From Rhodospirillaceae bacterium (lineage in GTDB: Bacteria > Pseudomonadota > Alphaproteobacteria > GCA-2731375), in assembly GCA_018701215.1 (NCBI GenBank), contig JABIWH010000018.1:14861-78860 (forward strand): a stretch of 64,000 bases of DNA. The letters run 5' to 3'. Under the pieces are notes generated by a model. That model had not been told where the DNA came from. It saw only the letters and a list, made by a program, of their open reading frames with translations, and searched no databases. This document shows, piece by piece, positions 19,748 to 29,819 of this stretch (the first letter of the stretch is position 1; the number at the start of each line of letters is the position of its first letter). The translations under genes were made by a program, and so were the position numbers.

Positions 19748-21223
19748 TCAGGCCGCATGGGCGATCTCCAGCATATGGTCGAGGTCCAGGTTGGCTTCCA
19801 GATGCACGGCCAGATCATCCAGCGTTCTGTCGATCAAGGCATCGTGATTGACGCCGCTCTGCCGCCGCGCGCGCAGCGATGACAGATAGGCATGGCGAAA
19901 GCCATCGGACTGCATCAGGCCATGCAAATAACAGCCTTCAACCCGGCCATCGGCACTGCGCGCACCATCCGCCGCGCCAGCAATTTCCAGAAAAGGCCGG
20001 GCCCGGTCCGGGCCTTCGCTAAGGCCCAGATGAATTTCATAGCCGTGCAAAGCCTTGCCGCTCTCCACATGTTTGCCGGCCCGCTCGCCCAGGCTTTTCT
20101 CTGGCGAGAGCACGGTTTCAATATCCAGCAGGCCCAGACCCTCCGCCTCCCGCACGCTGCCTTCGATGCCGTCGGGGTCGGCGACGGTCCTGCCCAGCAT
20201 CTGGTAGCCGCCGCAGATGCCCAGGATGCGGCCGCCGCGCCGGTGATGGGACAGAATATCGACATCCCAGCCCTGACGCCGCAGAAAGGCCAGATCGGCG
20301 ATGGTCGCCTTGCTGCCGGGCAGTAGGATCAGGTCCGCATCGACCGGGATAACCTCGCCAGGCGCGACAGTCCGCACCTCCACATCCGGTTCCGCGTTCA
20401 AAGGATCCAGATCATCGAAATTGGCGATGCGCGACAGTTTCGGCACCGCGATCAGAATGGCGCCGCCACCAGGTGTGTTTGGGGATATGGCTGGTTTGTC
20501 CAGGGCCACAGCGTCTTCCGCCGGCAGATGCACCGCGTCCGAAAAATACGGCGCGATACCTAAAGAGGCCCAGCCCGTGCGTGACGTGATTTCCTCCAGC
20601 CCCGTATGGAACAGTGAAACATCACCACGGAATTTGTTGATGATATAGCCCTTGATGCGGGCGCGGGCATCAGCGTCGATCACCGCATGGGTGCCGACAA
20701 GGCTGGCAATGACCCCGCCCCGGTCAATATCCGCGACCAAGATCACCGGCACCTGGGCGGCGGCGGCGAAACCCATATTGGCGATATCTCGGCCCGGCAG
20801 ATTGATTTCCGCCGGACTGCCTGCCCCTTCGACCAGGACCAGATCGGCCCTGGCTGCGTTGATCTGGTAACTCTCCAGCACCTCGTCCAGCAAACCGGCC
20901 TTTTGGTGCTGATACTCCCGCGCATTGGCAGTACCGCGCACCTGGCCGCGCACGATAATTTGGGCGCCAATATCGCTCTGCGGCTTCAACAGTACGGGGT
21001 TCATATGCACGCTGGGCGCAACGCGGGCAGCCAGGGCCTGCAAATGCTGGGCCCGCCCGATCTCGCCGCCGTCGCCCGCAATGGCCGCGTTGTTGGACAT
21101 GTTCTGCGGCTTGAACGGCCGCACCGCCAGGCCCCGGTTGGCATAGGCCCGCGCCAAACCCGCGACCATGAGCGATTTGCCCACGTCGGATCCGGTGCCT
21201 TGAAACATGAGAGCCTTGGTCAT
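19748..21223 (-). CDS. cobQ: Cobyric acid synthase
   Basis: CobQ/CbiP: N-terminal DTB-synthetase-like domain (GTGSDVGKS) and a C-terminal glutamine amidotransferase domain. 491 aa. Confidence 0.9.
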   Translation of the reverse strand: MTKALMFQGTGSDVGKSLMVAGLARAYANRGLAVRPFKPQNMSNNAAIAGDGGEIGRAQHLQALAARVAPSVHMNPVLLKPQSDIGAQIIVRGQVRGTANAREYQHQKAGLLDEVLESYQINAARADLVLVEGAGSPAEINLPGRDIANMGFAAAAQVPVILVADIDRGGVIASLVGTHAVIDADARARIKGYIINKFRGDVSLFHTGLEEITSRTGWASLGIAPYFSDAVHLPAEDAVALDKPAISPNTPGGGAILIAVPKLSRIANFDDLDPLNAEPDVEVRTVAPGEVIPVDADLILLPGSKATIADLAFLRRQGWDVDILSHHRRGGRILGICGGYQMLGRTVADPDGIEGSVREAEGLGLLDIETVLSPEKSLGERAGKHVESGKALHGYEIHLGLSEGPDRARPFLEIAGAADGARSADGRVEGCYLHGLMQSDGFRHAYLSSLRARRQSGVNHDALIDRTLDDLAVHLEANLDLDHMLEIAHAA

Positions 21224-21231
21224 GGCGGTGC

Positions 21232-21852
21232 CTAGAACTCGATGCCTTTTTGGGCCTTTACGCCGGAGCGGAAGGGATGTTTTATCTGGGTCATTTCGGT
21301 GACCAGGTCGGCGATCTCGATCAATTCATCCTTGGCATTTCGGCCCGTGACAATGACGTGCAGGTCCTCGGGCTTGTTGGCCAGGGTCTCGATAATTTCC
21401 TCCAGGGGCAGGTTGTCATAGCGCAGAACGATGTTCAGCTCGTCCAGCAGGATCATATCGAATTCCGGGTTCGGCCCGCGCGAGGCCTCGATCATCTGCT
21501 TGGATTTCTCCCAAGCCTTGCGCGCGGCGGCAATGTCGCGGGCCTTGTCCTGGGTTTCCCAGCTGAAGCCTTCGCCCATGGCGTGGATCTCGATCTGCTC
21601 GGGGAAATGCTCCAGAATATCACGCTCCCCGGTCTCCCACTTGCCCTTGACGAACTGGATCACGCCGACCCGCATGCCGTTGCCCATGGCGCGCACCACT
21701 AGACCGAAGGCGGCGGTGGACTTGCCCTTACCCTTGCCCGTGTGGACGATCAACAGGCCCTTTTCGATGGTCTTCGACGCCAGCATTTTTTCCCGGGCGC
21801 GCTTTTTGTTGGCGGCCTTTTCGTTGGCGCGGGCGTATTGGTCATCACTCAT
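21232..21852 (-). CDS. cobO: Cob(I)yrinic acid a,c-diamide adenosyltransferase
   Basis: P-loop [15 protein letters not shown] typical of CobO/BtuR. Start MSDDQY forms an ATGA overlap with the cobN stop. Confidence 0.85.
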   Translation of the reverse strand: MSDDQYARANEKAANKKRAREKMLASKTIEKGLLIVHTGKGKGKSTAAFGLVVRAMGNGMRVGVIQFVKGKWETGERDILEHFPEQIEIHAMGEGFSWETQDKARDIAAARKAWEKSKQMIEASRGPNPEFDMILLDELNIVLRYDNLPLEEIIETLANKPEDLHVIVTGRNAKDELIEIADLVTEMTQIKHPFRSGVKAQKGIEF

Positions 21853-24800
21853 TGTTGCTCTCCCATAGTCACCGATTGATTGGCCGCGATCAGATCGCGC
21901 AGGGCATCCGGCGTCGAATTGGACCGGGTCTGCCACAGGCCGCGTTCCAGCGCTTCCGCCAGCCGCTCCGCCATTTCCTTTAAAGCGGCAGGATTGTTTT
22001 GGCGCAGAAACTCCAGCACCTCGTCGTTATTCAAATAGGCCTCGTAGACCGCATCGAAATGATGGTCGGAAACCACCCGCGCCGTGGCCGCGAAGGCAAA
22101 CAGGTAATCCACCGTTGCCGCCATCTCGAAGGCGCCTTTGTAACCATGGCGCATGACGCCGGAAATCCATTTCGGATTGACCACCCTGGATCTGACCACG
22201 CGGCCGATTTCATCTTCCAGGCTGCGGATTTTCGGCGCGAAGGGCCGGCTGTGATCGTTGTGATAGATCGCCGGCTGGGCGCCTGAGTAATGCCGCACGG
22301 CAGCGGTCAGGCCGCCTTCGAACTGGTAATAGTCATCCGAATCCAGCAGGTCATGCTCACGGTTGTCCTGGTTCTGCACCACGCCTTGGGTGGAGGACAG
22401 CAAGGACTGGAATTGGCCATGCGCGGGCCGGCCGGATTTCTTGCCGCCATAGGCATAACCGCCCCAGGCCAGGTAGGCGCGGGCCAGATCGCCGTCATCT
22501 TGCCAGCCCCGCTCATCCATCAAGGCCTGCAATCCGGCGCCATAGGCCCCCGGTTTAGAGCCAAAAACGCGGGCGGCGGCCAGATGTTCCGCATCTTCTG
22601 GGTCATGGCCGGCCTGGCGCAGGCGTACGGCGTCCGTGCGGGCGCGGGCCGCCAATGGATTGTCGCGCTCGCTCTCATCCAGGGCGGCGACGTCCCGGGC
22701 CGCACTGTCGAACAGGTCGATCTGGGTGGGAAAGGCATCGCGGAAAAAGCCCGATATACGCAGGGTCACGTCCACCCGGGGCCGGTCCAGCATATGGATC
22801 GGCAGGATGTCAAAGCCGATGACCCGGCGGGAGGCCGGTTCCCATTTTGGCTGTACCCCCATCAGGGCCAATGCCTGGGCGATGTCATCGCCGCCCGTGC
22901 GCATGTTGGCGGTGCCCCAGGCGCTGATCGCCAGGTGTTTCGGCCATTCGCCGTGGCTCTGGCGATATTCGTCCAGCAACAGGTTGGCGGATTTCCAGCC
23001 CAGCTGCCAGGCGGCGGGGGTGGGCACAGTGCGGCTGTCCACGGAATAGAAATTCCGCCCCGTGGGCAACACGTCCAAGCGTCCCCGCGTTGGTGCGCCG
23101 GACGGTCCCGGTTCGACGAACCTGCCGTCCAGGCCTTGTATCAAGGCGGATATTTCGGCCGCGCCACAGGCATCCACGGTGGGCCCGACGTCGTCCCTGA
23201 TCGCGTCGAGCACGGCGCGGGTCGCGGTCCATTCCGGCTGCGCCAAAGTCGTACCGTCAACCAGGTCCGCGGCCAGTTCCTCCAAACGTTCCACGGTGTC
23301 GCCATGACTGCGCCACGCCGCCCCGCCCTCCAGCACGGCCGGTTTTGCGCCGTTCCAGACATCGCCCAAGGTGCTATCCAGGGGATCGAAGGCAAGCTTC
23401 AGATCATCGGCCAGCGCTCTGATCAATGATGCATCACGGGGCTCGCCGCCTTGCCGGGGTAGCCGGGTCAGGGCCACCAACAGATCCCGGCGTAGGCGGC
23501 CTTCCAATGGTTGGCCCAGAATATGCAGGCCGTCGCGGATCTGCATTTCCTTCAAATCACAGAGGTAATTATCCAACTTGGCCAGGGCGGCCGCCTCGTC
23601 ATCCGCTTCGGCGATGCCGGCATCCTTGTCCAGGCCAATATCGCGGGTCAGCGCCAGGATCTGTCCGCGCAACAGGTTCAGGCGGCGCGGATCCAGCCCG
23701 GCGGCCTCGTAGAATTCATCGACCAAAAGTTCCAATTCCGCCAGGGGGCCGTAGCTTTCCGCCCGCGTCAGCGGTGGGGTCAAATGGTCCACGATCACCG
23801 CCTGGGCCCGCCGTTTGGCCTGGGTGCCCTCGCCTGGATCGTTGACAATGAAGGGATAGAGATGCGGCAAAGGCCCGAATACAGCCTCCGGGAAGCAGCT
23901 GTCGGAAAGTGCCAGTGACTTGCCCGGCAGCCATTCCAGATTACCATGCTTGCCCATGTGAATGATGGCTTGGGCCTGAAAACCCTGCCGCAGCCAACCA
24001 TAGAAGGCCAGATAACCATGGGGTGGTACCAGATCGGGATCGTGATAGCTCGACTTGGGATCGATGTTGTAACCCCTGGCCGGTTGCAGCCCGATCACCA
24101 CATTGCCTTGGGTGAAGGCCGGCAGGACGAAATCATCGCCAACTACGAAGGGGTCTTCTTCGGGCGCTCCCCAGCGCGTGATAACTTGCGCCCGCACCGC
24201 CTCGGGCAGAGCGTCGAAGAAGCTTTGATAATCGGCCAGGGCAAAGGTAATGCCTCCCGAACGGCTGGCGCGGTCCTTCAGGTTGTTGGTTGGCCCGGCG
24301 GCCAGCTTGCGGATCAGATCATCGCCCTTGCCCGGCAGCTCGCCCACGCCATAGCCCTGATCCGCCAGGGCCTCCAGCAGGTTCAGGGCCGAGGCGGGGG
24401 AATCCAACCCGACGCCGTTGCCCATGCGGCCGTCCTTGTTGGGGTAATTGGCGAAGATCAGGCCTAGACGCCGCTCCGCCGGCGGCGTGGCCGCCAGCGC
24501 CAGCCAGTTGGCGGCCAGTTGGCAGACGAAATCAATACGGTCGGGCACGCCCTGGTAGGCGATCACCGGCAGCTGCGTGGTTTCATCAAAGCGCGCCTCC
24601 GCCTTGAAAGAGACGGCGCGGGAGATGATGCGGCCATCAACCTCCGGCAGGGCCACGTTCATGGCGATGTCGCGGGCGCTCAAGCCATTGAGGTTATTCC
24701 GCCAATCATCCTCGTTGCCGCCCGCGAAAATCATCTGGATGACTGGCACACCGGGCCGCTCCAGGGGCGAATCCGACCGTGCGCCGTTGGGTTTGGAGAC

Positions 24801-25610
24801 GGCGAAACCCGTGGCGTTGAGGATCACGCCGGGTGGTTCCTCGGCAAAAATAGAGTTTACGGTTTCCGCCGATACGGCTTCTTTCAGGGAGGCGACGAAG
24901 ACCGGCAGGGGGTTCAGGCCCCTTTCGCGCAAGCTTTGGATGACGCCATCCACGGGGTCCAGGTTGCCGGCCTGGTATAGCGCCCGATAGAACGTTACCG
25001 CGGCCACCGGCGCGCCGGGTTGCCAATGCTGGCGTAGATCATCCAAGGAAAGATTGCCCGTGCCAGGCCAGTACAGGCCCGCCCGTAACAAGGGCGCCGG
25101 TTGCCGCCATTCCGTCGGTTGACCCAACAGATCGGCGGCATAGGCCAGCAGATTGCCGCCGTTGTCCGGACCGCCATGGACAAAATACTGCCACAGGCGG
25201 TGACAGCTCTCCGCCGGCAGGGTCGAGAGGCCATGCAGTTCCGCATCGGGCTGATCGTCGCCAGGAATAATCGCCAGGGCGATGTTGTCCCGCCGGCAGC
25301 ATTCCACCACCTGTTCCACGCCATAGGGCCAGTAATTCACGCCACCCAGCAGGCGGACGATCACTAGCTTGGCCGCGCCGACAATATCGCCGACATAAAG
25401 ATCGACGGACATGTTGTGGCTCAGGTTCATCAGGTTGGCTAGGCGCAGACTTGGCAGACTGGGTGCGTTCGAATCCCGCCGCGCCGCCGCCAGCATCTGT
25501 AAATCAGTATCCGCCGCCGACAGGATGACGATGTCACCGGGGCTTTGGCCCAGATCGACCGCCTCCGCGCCATCGGAGATTCCACCCGGTTTAGCTGCGA
25601 GCAAATGCAT
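21849..25610 (-). CDS. cobN: Cobaltochelatase large subunit (hydrogenobyrinic acid a,c-diamide cobaltochelatase)
   Basis: 1253-aa CobN/Mg-chelatase H-family protein. Confidence 0.9.
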   Translation of the reverse strand: MHLLAAKPGGISDGAEAVDLGQSPGDIVILSAADTDLQMLAAARRDSNAPSLPSLRLANLMNLSHNMSVDLYVGDIVGAAKLVIVRLLGGVNYWPYGVEQVVECCRRDNIALAIIPGDDQPDAELHGLSTLPAESCHRLWQYFVHGGPDNGGNLLAYAADLLGQPTEWRQPAPLLRAGLYWPGTGNLSLDDLRQHWQPGAPVAAVTFYRALYQAGNLDPVDGVIQSLRERGLNPLPVFVASLKEAVSAETVNSIFAEEPPGVILNATGFAVSKPNGARSDSPLERPGVPVIQMIFAGGNEDDWRNNLNGLSARDIAMNVALPEVDGRIISRAVSFKAEARFDETTQLPVIAYQGVPDRIDFVCQLAANWLALAATPPAERRLGLIFANYPNKDGRMGNGVGLDSPASALNLLEALADQGYGVGELPGKGDDLIRKLAAGPTNNLKDRASRSGGITFALADYQSFFDALPEAVRAQVITRWGAPEEDPFVVGDDFVLPAFTQGNVVIGLQPARGYNIDPKSSYHDPDLVPPHGYLAFYGWLRQGFQAQAIIHMGKHGNLEWLPGKSLALSDSCFPEAVFGPLPHLYPFIVNDPGEGTQAKRRAQAVIVDHLTPPLTRAESYGPLAELELLVDEFYEAAGLDPRRLNLLRGQILALTRDIGLDKDAGIAEADDEAAALAKLDNYLCDLKEMQIRDGLHILGQPLEGRLRRDLLVALTRLPRQGGEPRDASLIRALADDLKLAFDPLDSTLGDVWNGAKPAVLEGGAAWRSHGDTVERLEELAADLVDGTTLAQPEWTATRAVLDAIRDDVGPTVDACGAAEISALIQGLDGRFVEPGPSGAPTRGRLDVLPTGRNFYSVDSRTVPTPAAWQLGWKSANLLLDEYRQSHGEWPKHLAISAWGTANMRTGGDDIAQALALMGVQPKWEPASRRVIGFDILPIHMLDRPRVDVTLRISGFFRDAFPTQIDLFDSAARDVAALDESERDNPLAARARTDAVRLRQAGHDPEDAEHLAAARVFGSKPGAYGAGLQALMDERGWQDDGDLARAYLAWGGYAYGGKKSGRPAHGQFQSLLSSTQGVVQNQDNREHDLLDSDDYYQFEGGLTAAVRHYSGAQPAIYHNDHSRPFAPKIRSLEDEIGRVVRSRVVNPKWISGVMRHGYKGAFEMAATVDYLFAFAATARVVSDHHFDAVYEAYLNNDEVLEFLRQNNPAALKEMAERLAEALERGLWQTRSNSTPDALRDLIAANQSVTMGEQQ

Positions 25611-25617
25611 CGCTGGT

Positions 25618-26688
25618 TCAGTCCACGATCATGGCGCGGATGGCTGCCTCGTCCAGACCGTGCAGGCCGATCACCACGAGCTGGGAGGCGCGCGCCTCGC
25701 CCTGGCGCCAATCGCGGTCGTAATAGTGCTGATAACGGTCGCCAACGCCTTGTACCAACAGGCGCATATCCTTGCCTGCAACGGCGATAAAACCCTTCAT
25801 ACGCAAGACATCGTGGGCGGCGGCGGCTTGGCGTAGCTTGGCGACCAGCGCCTCCGCCTCGGCCACGGCATCGAATGTCACCACGAAACTGTCGAAATCG
25901 TCGTGTTCGTGGTCGTCCTCGTCATCATGGTGCGAAGGGCGGTTGTCCAGGTCGTCTTCCGCCGCGGCGTCCAGGCCCAACAGCGTATCGGCGGCAATGG
26001 CGCCGTGTTGCGCCGTCACCACACGGACGGATGGACGCAAGGCGGCTTGCAGTTCCTCGGCCACGCGGGCGCCTTCGTCCACCGCCAGCAGGTCGGATTT
26101 GTTCATCACGACCATGTCGGCGCAGGCTAGTTGATCGGTGAACAACTCCGCCAGCGGACTGTCGTGGTCCAACGCCTCGTCCGCCTGCCGTTGCGCCGCC
26201 ACGGCGTCGGGATCATCGGCGAACAGACCGGCCGCGAAAGCCGGCCCATCGACCACGGCAACCACGCCATCGACGGTGATGCGGGTGCGGATCGCCGGCC
26301 AGTTGAAGGCTTTCAGCAATGGTTTCGGCAAAGCCAGGCCCGAGGTTTCGATAATGATGTGATCGATGCCGTCGGGCCGGTCCAGCAAGGCCTCCATGGT
26401 GGGCACGAAATCATCCGCCACGGTGCAGCAGATGCAGCCGTTGGCCAGTTCGACAATATCTTCTTCGGCGCAGTTTTCGGCACCGCAGGCCTTTAGGATA
26501 TTGCCGTCGACCCCTATATCGCCGAATTCGTTGATGATCAGAGCCAGGCGCTTGCCATTGGCGGTCTGTAGCAGATGCCGGATCATCGAGGTCTTGCCGG
26601 CGCCCAGAAAGCCGGTGATCACGGTGGCGGGAATACGTTGCAAATTGCTCATGGACGGCATGGCCTTAGCTGACGACGGCAGTGACAA
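25618..26688 (-). CDS. cobW: CobW (COG0523 metallochaperone GTPase)
   Basis: GxxGxGK[ST] P-loop (GFLGAGKTSMI), a GCICCTV (CxCC) metal motif and the His/Asp-rich insert DNRPSHHDDEDDHEHDDFDSF. Start may be at 26649 (MSNLQRIP). Confidence 0.85.
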   Translation of the reverse strand: MSLPSSAKAMPSMSNLQRIPATVITGFLGAGKTSMIRHLLQTANGKRLALIINEFGDIGVDGNILKACGAENCAEEDIVELANGCICCTVADDFVPTMEALLDRPDGIDHIIIETSGLALPKPLLKAFNWPAIRTRITVDGVVAVVDGPAFAAGLFADDPDAVAAQRQADEALDHDSPLAELFTDQLACADMVVMNKSDLLAVDEGARVAEELQAALRPSVRVVTAQHGAIAADTLLGLDAAAEDDLDNRPSHHDDEDDHEHDDFDSFVVTFDAVAEAEALVAKLRQAAAAHDVLRMKGFIAVAGKDMRLLVQGVGDRYQHYYDRDWRQGEARASQLVVIGLHGLDEAAIRAMIVD

Positions 26689-26759
26689 TGCTGCCGCGCT
26701 TGTGAATATGGGGAGGAATTCATGGTGTAGCGCCCTCCCTCCGAGGATCGGTTACATAG

Positions 26760-26970
26760 GTTACAACGAGCCGCGCGCGTCTCCTGGCTTTGGGTCATCG
26801 GTCGCGGGGCCTTCCCGGCGGACACGCCGCCAGTGACAGTTTCCCGTTTCCTCGCCATTCACAGTTGCGGGGGCAGCGCCGGATTTTAGAGACCTTGCAG
26901 CCTTTCGGGACAAGGATGGAACACCGGCTTCCGCGCCACGGCGAGCGCAATCTAGCACGCATGGTATCTT
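26760..26970 (-). ncRNA. Cobalamin (adenosylcobalamin) riboswitch in the 5' leader of cobW-cobN-cobO-cobQ
   Basis: Read on the minus strand: ...GAAGCCGGTGTTCCATCC...GCTGCCCCCGCAACTGTGAA...GTCACTGGCGGCGTGTCCGCCGGGAAGGCCCC...AAGCCAGGAGACGCGCGCGGC. The conserved CACUG / GGGAAGGC elements and a B12-box-like AGCCAGGAGAC(G)CGC (plus-strand coordinates 26767-26789) are present. It lies in a 380-bp leader upstream of cobW. Confidence 0.6.
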
Positions 26971-27067
26971 GGCGGCAATCGGCTAAAGGAATTGCCGCTG
27001 GCAAAACTTGGTGCGCCAGCGTAAAGCTAGATATTGTTCAGGTGCGCGTATTTTTTTGGATTTTCCG

Positions 27068-27784
27068 ATGACTACAATTCTTGCCATGGGTTTCCTGTTG
27101 GGGTTGCAACACGCCATGGAGGCCGATCACATCGCCGCCGTTGCGGCGCTGGCCGCCGGCAAGGGCCGCCTGCGCTGGATCATGCGTCATGGCCTGTTCT
27201 GGGGCTTGGGCCATGCCTTGGCACTCGGCGCTTTCGCGGCTGCCGTGATGCTGGCGCGGGGCAATATTCCGGCGGAGCTGAGCGCGGGTCTTGAGTTTGC
27301 CGTTGCCTGCATGTTGATCGCCCTGGGTACAATGGTGATTTGGCGCCTGGTACGGGAGCGGCTGCATTTTCATCTGCACCGCCACAGCGACGGCAAGCTG
27401 CATTTTCACGCCCATAGCCATGCCGGCGAGCAACAAATACACGACAAAAACAGGCATGATCACCAACATGACGGCAACAGCGTCCGGCGCAGTTTGGCCG
27501 TGGGCGTGATGCATGGGCTTGCCGGCTCCGCCGCGCTTATCGCCCTTGCCGCGCCGGGACAATTTCTGGAGGGCATGGGGTTTATCTTTCTGTTCGGCGC
27601 CGGCTCTATTTTGGGCATGTTGGTGCTGTCCTCGGTCATTGCCTTGCCCTTGTTGTTGTCGGGCCGGCTGCTGACCGGCCTTGATCGCATCCTGCGGCTT
27701 GGTATTGGCATGGTCTCTATCGGTATTGGCTGTTTCTATGCCTACGCCGGGGCGCCCATGATGTTGGCCCTGCTACAGTCATGA
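27068..27784 (+). CDS. NiCoT/NicO (RcnA-like) family nickel/cobalt transporter with His-rich loop; probable cobalt transporter given context
   Basis: Six predicted TM segments. HAMEADHI (HX4DH NiCoT signature) in TM1-2 and a second GVMHGLAGSAA motif. Central loop HFHLHRHSDGKLHFHAHSHAGEQQIHDKNRHDHQHD. Divergent from the riboswitch; followed by cobC. Confidence 0.7.
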   Translation: MTTILAMGFLLGLQHAMEADHIAAVAALAAGKGRLRWIMRHGLFWGLGHALALGAFAAAVMLARGNIPAELSAGLEFAVACMLIALGTMVIWRLVRERLHFHLHRHSDGKLHFHAHSHAGEQQIHDKNRHDHQHDGNSVRRSLAVGVMHGLAGSAALIALAAPGQFLEGMGFIFLFGAGSILGMLVLSSVIALPLLLSGRLLTGLDRILRLGIGMVSIGIGCFYAYAGAPMMLALLQS

Positions 27785-27802
27785 TGCGGGCATGACACGG
27801 GC

Positions 27803-28798
27803 ATGAAACAGGGCCCAACAGGCTTGCCGCACGGCGGCGAACCCCCCCAAGGTATATCGAAGGACGGCGTTGATTGGCTTGATCTGTCCACGGGCATCGC
27901 GCCATTTGCCTATCCGTTTACCCCGCCACCGGAGAGGGCCTGGCGCAACCTGCCCCGCCGGCTGGAAGAACAAACGTTGCTATCCGCCGCCGCCAGCTCT
28001 TTCGGCTTGGTCCGCCTGGATGATATTTGTCTTGGCCCCGGCTCTCAGGCGCTGTTGCAGCTGTTGCCCACGCTGTTGCCCGAGGGAGCCGCCGCCGTGC
28101 TGGCGCCAACCTATAACGAGCATGCCCACCGCTGGGCGCGCGCCGGCCATCGGGTCGAAGAGATATCGGTCCTTGCCGAGCTGCCGGCGCAATGCCGTTA
28201 CCTCGTCGCGGTCAATCCAAACAATCCGACGGGCGAAGTGCAAGACCGCACGGCGCTGTCGGCGTTGGCGGAGAAAATGGCGGCGCGGGACGGCTATCTG
28301 ATCGTGGACGAGGCCTTTTGCGACCTATTGCCTGATGCCAGTCTGGGGCGGGAGGCCGGGCGGCCCGGCCTGCTGGTGTTACGTTCATTCGGCAAGTTTT
28401 TCGGTCTGGCGGGTTTGCGTCTGGGATTTCTGCTGGGACCGGCGGCATTCATCGCCATGGCGCGGGAACGCATCGGGCCTTGGCCCGTGAACGGCCCGGC
28501 CCTGGCGATCGCGGCCCAGGCCTATGGCGATGCAGCCTGGATCGCGGCCCACCGGCAGGCCTTGGCCCAGCAAGCCGCAAAGCTGCGACAGGTACTGGCG
28601 CGCCACGGCCGTATCATCGGCGGCACTGATTTATTTGTTCTGCTGCAAGCGGATAACAGCGCGGCGCTTCATGCCGGTTTGGCGGCGGCCCGCATCCACG
28701 TACGGGATTTCGCCGAACAGGGCGCATGGCTGCGCTTTGGGCTGCCGGGCGAGGAAACCGCCTGGAAGCGTTTCGAGGCCGCGCTGGCCCTTATCTGA
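27803..28798 (+). CDS. cobC: L-threonine-O-3-phosphate decarboxylase (CobC/CobD, class-I/II aminotransferase fold)
   Basis: PLP-enzyme motifs ([40 protein letters not shown] with the PLP-binding lysine). Typical cob-cluster member. Confidence 0.7.
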   Translation: MKQGPTGLPHGGEPPQGISKDGVDWLDLSTGIAPFAYPFTPPPERAWRNLPRRLEEQTLLSAAASSFGLVRLDDICLGPGSQALLQLLPTLLPEGAAAVLAPTYNEHAHRWARAGHRVEEISVLAELPAQCRYLVAVNPNNPTGEVQDRTALSALAEKMAARDGYLIVDEAFCDLLPDASLGREAGRPGLLVLRSFGKFFGLAGLRLGFLLGPAAFIAMARERIGPWPVNGPALAIAAQAYGDAAWIAAHRQALAQQAAKLRQVLARHGRIIGGTDLFVLLQADNSAALHAGLAAARIHVRDFAEQGAWLRFGLPGEETAWKRFEAALALI

Positions 28799-29819
28799 GG
28801 TGGCAGGAAACCACGTGGTCGGGGCCGAATTGCTTTAGCTGCGGCACTTCCACCTTGCAGCGTTCCTCGGCATAGGGGCAGCGGGTGTGGAAATGACAGC
28901 CCGGCGGCGGCTTGATTGGACTGGGAACATCGCCTTGTAGAATTGTCTTCTTGCGCTTGATCGTGGGATCAGGAACGGGCACCGCCGACAGCAACGCCTC
29001 GGTATAGGGATGCTGCGGATTGGTAAACAGGGTTTTCTTGTCGGTGTATTCGACGATCTTGCCCAGATACATCACCGCGATGCGATGGCTGATATGTTCG
29101 ACCACGGCCAGATCATGGGCAATAAACAGATATGACAGGTTCAACTCCGCCTGCAGATCCATCAGCAGATTTATCACCTGGGCCTGGATCGAGACGTCCA
29201 AGGCCGAGACCGGCTCGTCACCGATGATCACACTTGGATTCAAGGCCAGTGCCCGGGCGATGCCGATGCGCTGGCGTTGACCGCCGGAAAATTCGTGCGG
29301 GAAGCTTTCCAATTGCGCCTTGCGCAAGCCAACGCGTTCGAACAATTCCGCCACGCGCTCTTTACGCTCGGCCGGGGTGCCAATGCCATGGACGCGCAGC
29401 ATTTCCTCGACGATGCCGCCAGCCGTCATGCGCGGGTTCAGCGAAGAATAAGGATCCTGGAAAATAATCTGCATTTCGCGCCGAACGGGACGCATCTCCG
29501 TCTTGCTCAAATGCGTGATATCACGGCCATTCAGCTTGATGCTGCCGTCGGTCGGATCCAGCAAACGCAAAACCGTGCGGCCAACGGTCGACTTACCGCA
29601 ACCGCTTTCCCCGACCAAGCCCAGAGTTTCGCCCTGGTTGATGTGAAAGCTGACACCGTCAACGGCATAGACCTTGGATTGATCACGCGAAAACAATCCC
29701 TTGGCGAGGGGAAAGTGTTTCTTCAGATCGCTGACTTCCAACAATGGCGGCTGGGGCGGCTGGGGCGGCTTGCCATTGCTGGTCGATACATCAGTGGATA
29801 TTTGGGATGAATCAGTCAT
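28791..29819 (-). CDS. ABC transporter ATP-binding protein (DppF/OppF/NikE-like)
   Basis: Walker [10 protein letters not shown], signature LSGGQRQR, Walker B. C-terminal Opp/Dpp-type Cys motif [14 protein letters not shown]. Start MTDSSQ at 29819. Confidence 0.85.
   Translation of the reverse strand: MTDSSQISTDVSTSNGKPPQPPQPPLLEVSDLKKHFPLAKGLFSRDQSKVYAVDGVSFHINQGETLGLVGESGCGKSTVGRTVLRLLDPTDGSIKLNGRDITHLSKTEMRPVRREMQIIFQDPYSSLNPRMTAGGIVEEMLRVHGIGTPAERKERVAELFERVGLRKAQLESFPHEFSGGQRQRIGIARALALNPSVIIGDEPVSALDVSIQAQVINLLMDLQAELNLSYLFIAHDLAVVEHISHRIAVMYLGKIVEYTDKKTLFTNPQHPYTEALLSAVPVPDPTIKRKKTILQGDVPSPIKPPPGCHFHTRCPYAEERCKVEVPQLKQFGPDHVVSCHLR

Noticed and set aside
22290-23429. 379-aa ORF on the + strand inside cobN (and many similar long antisense ORFs, e.g. 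8890..10236 within the carboxylase, 13654..14322 within cbiG-cobJ, 29701..30882 within dppD, 32740..34152 within the SBP)
   Set aside because: High-GC genomes generate long stop-free antisense frames. Their products are Arg/Gly/Pro/Ala-rich low-complexity sequences with no recognisable domains, and they overlap strong, well-supported genes on the other strand.
27008-27067. Upstream extension of the NiCoT transporter ORF (MVRQRKARYCSGARIFLDFP...)
   Set aside because: The extension would run into the riboswitch region. The TM1 region of NiCoT family members starts at MTTILAMGFLLGLQH (27068).
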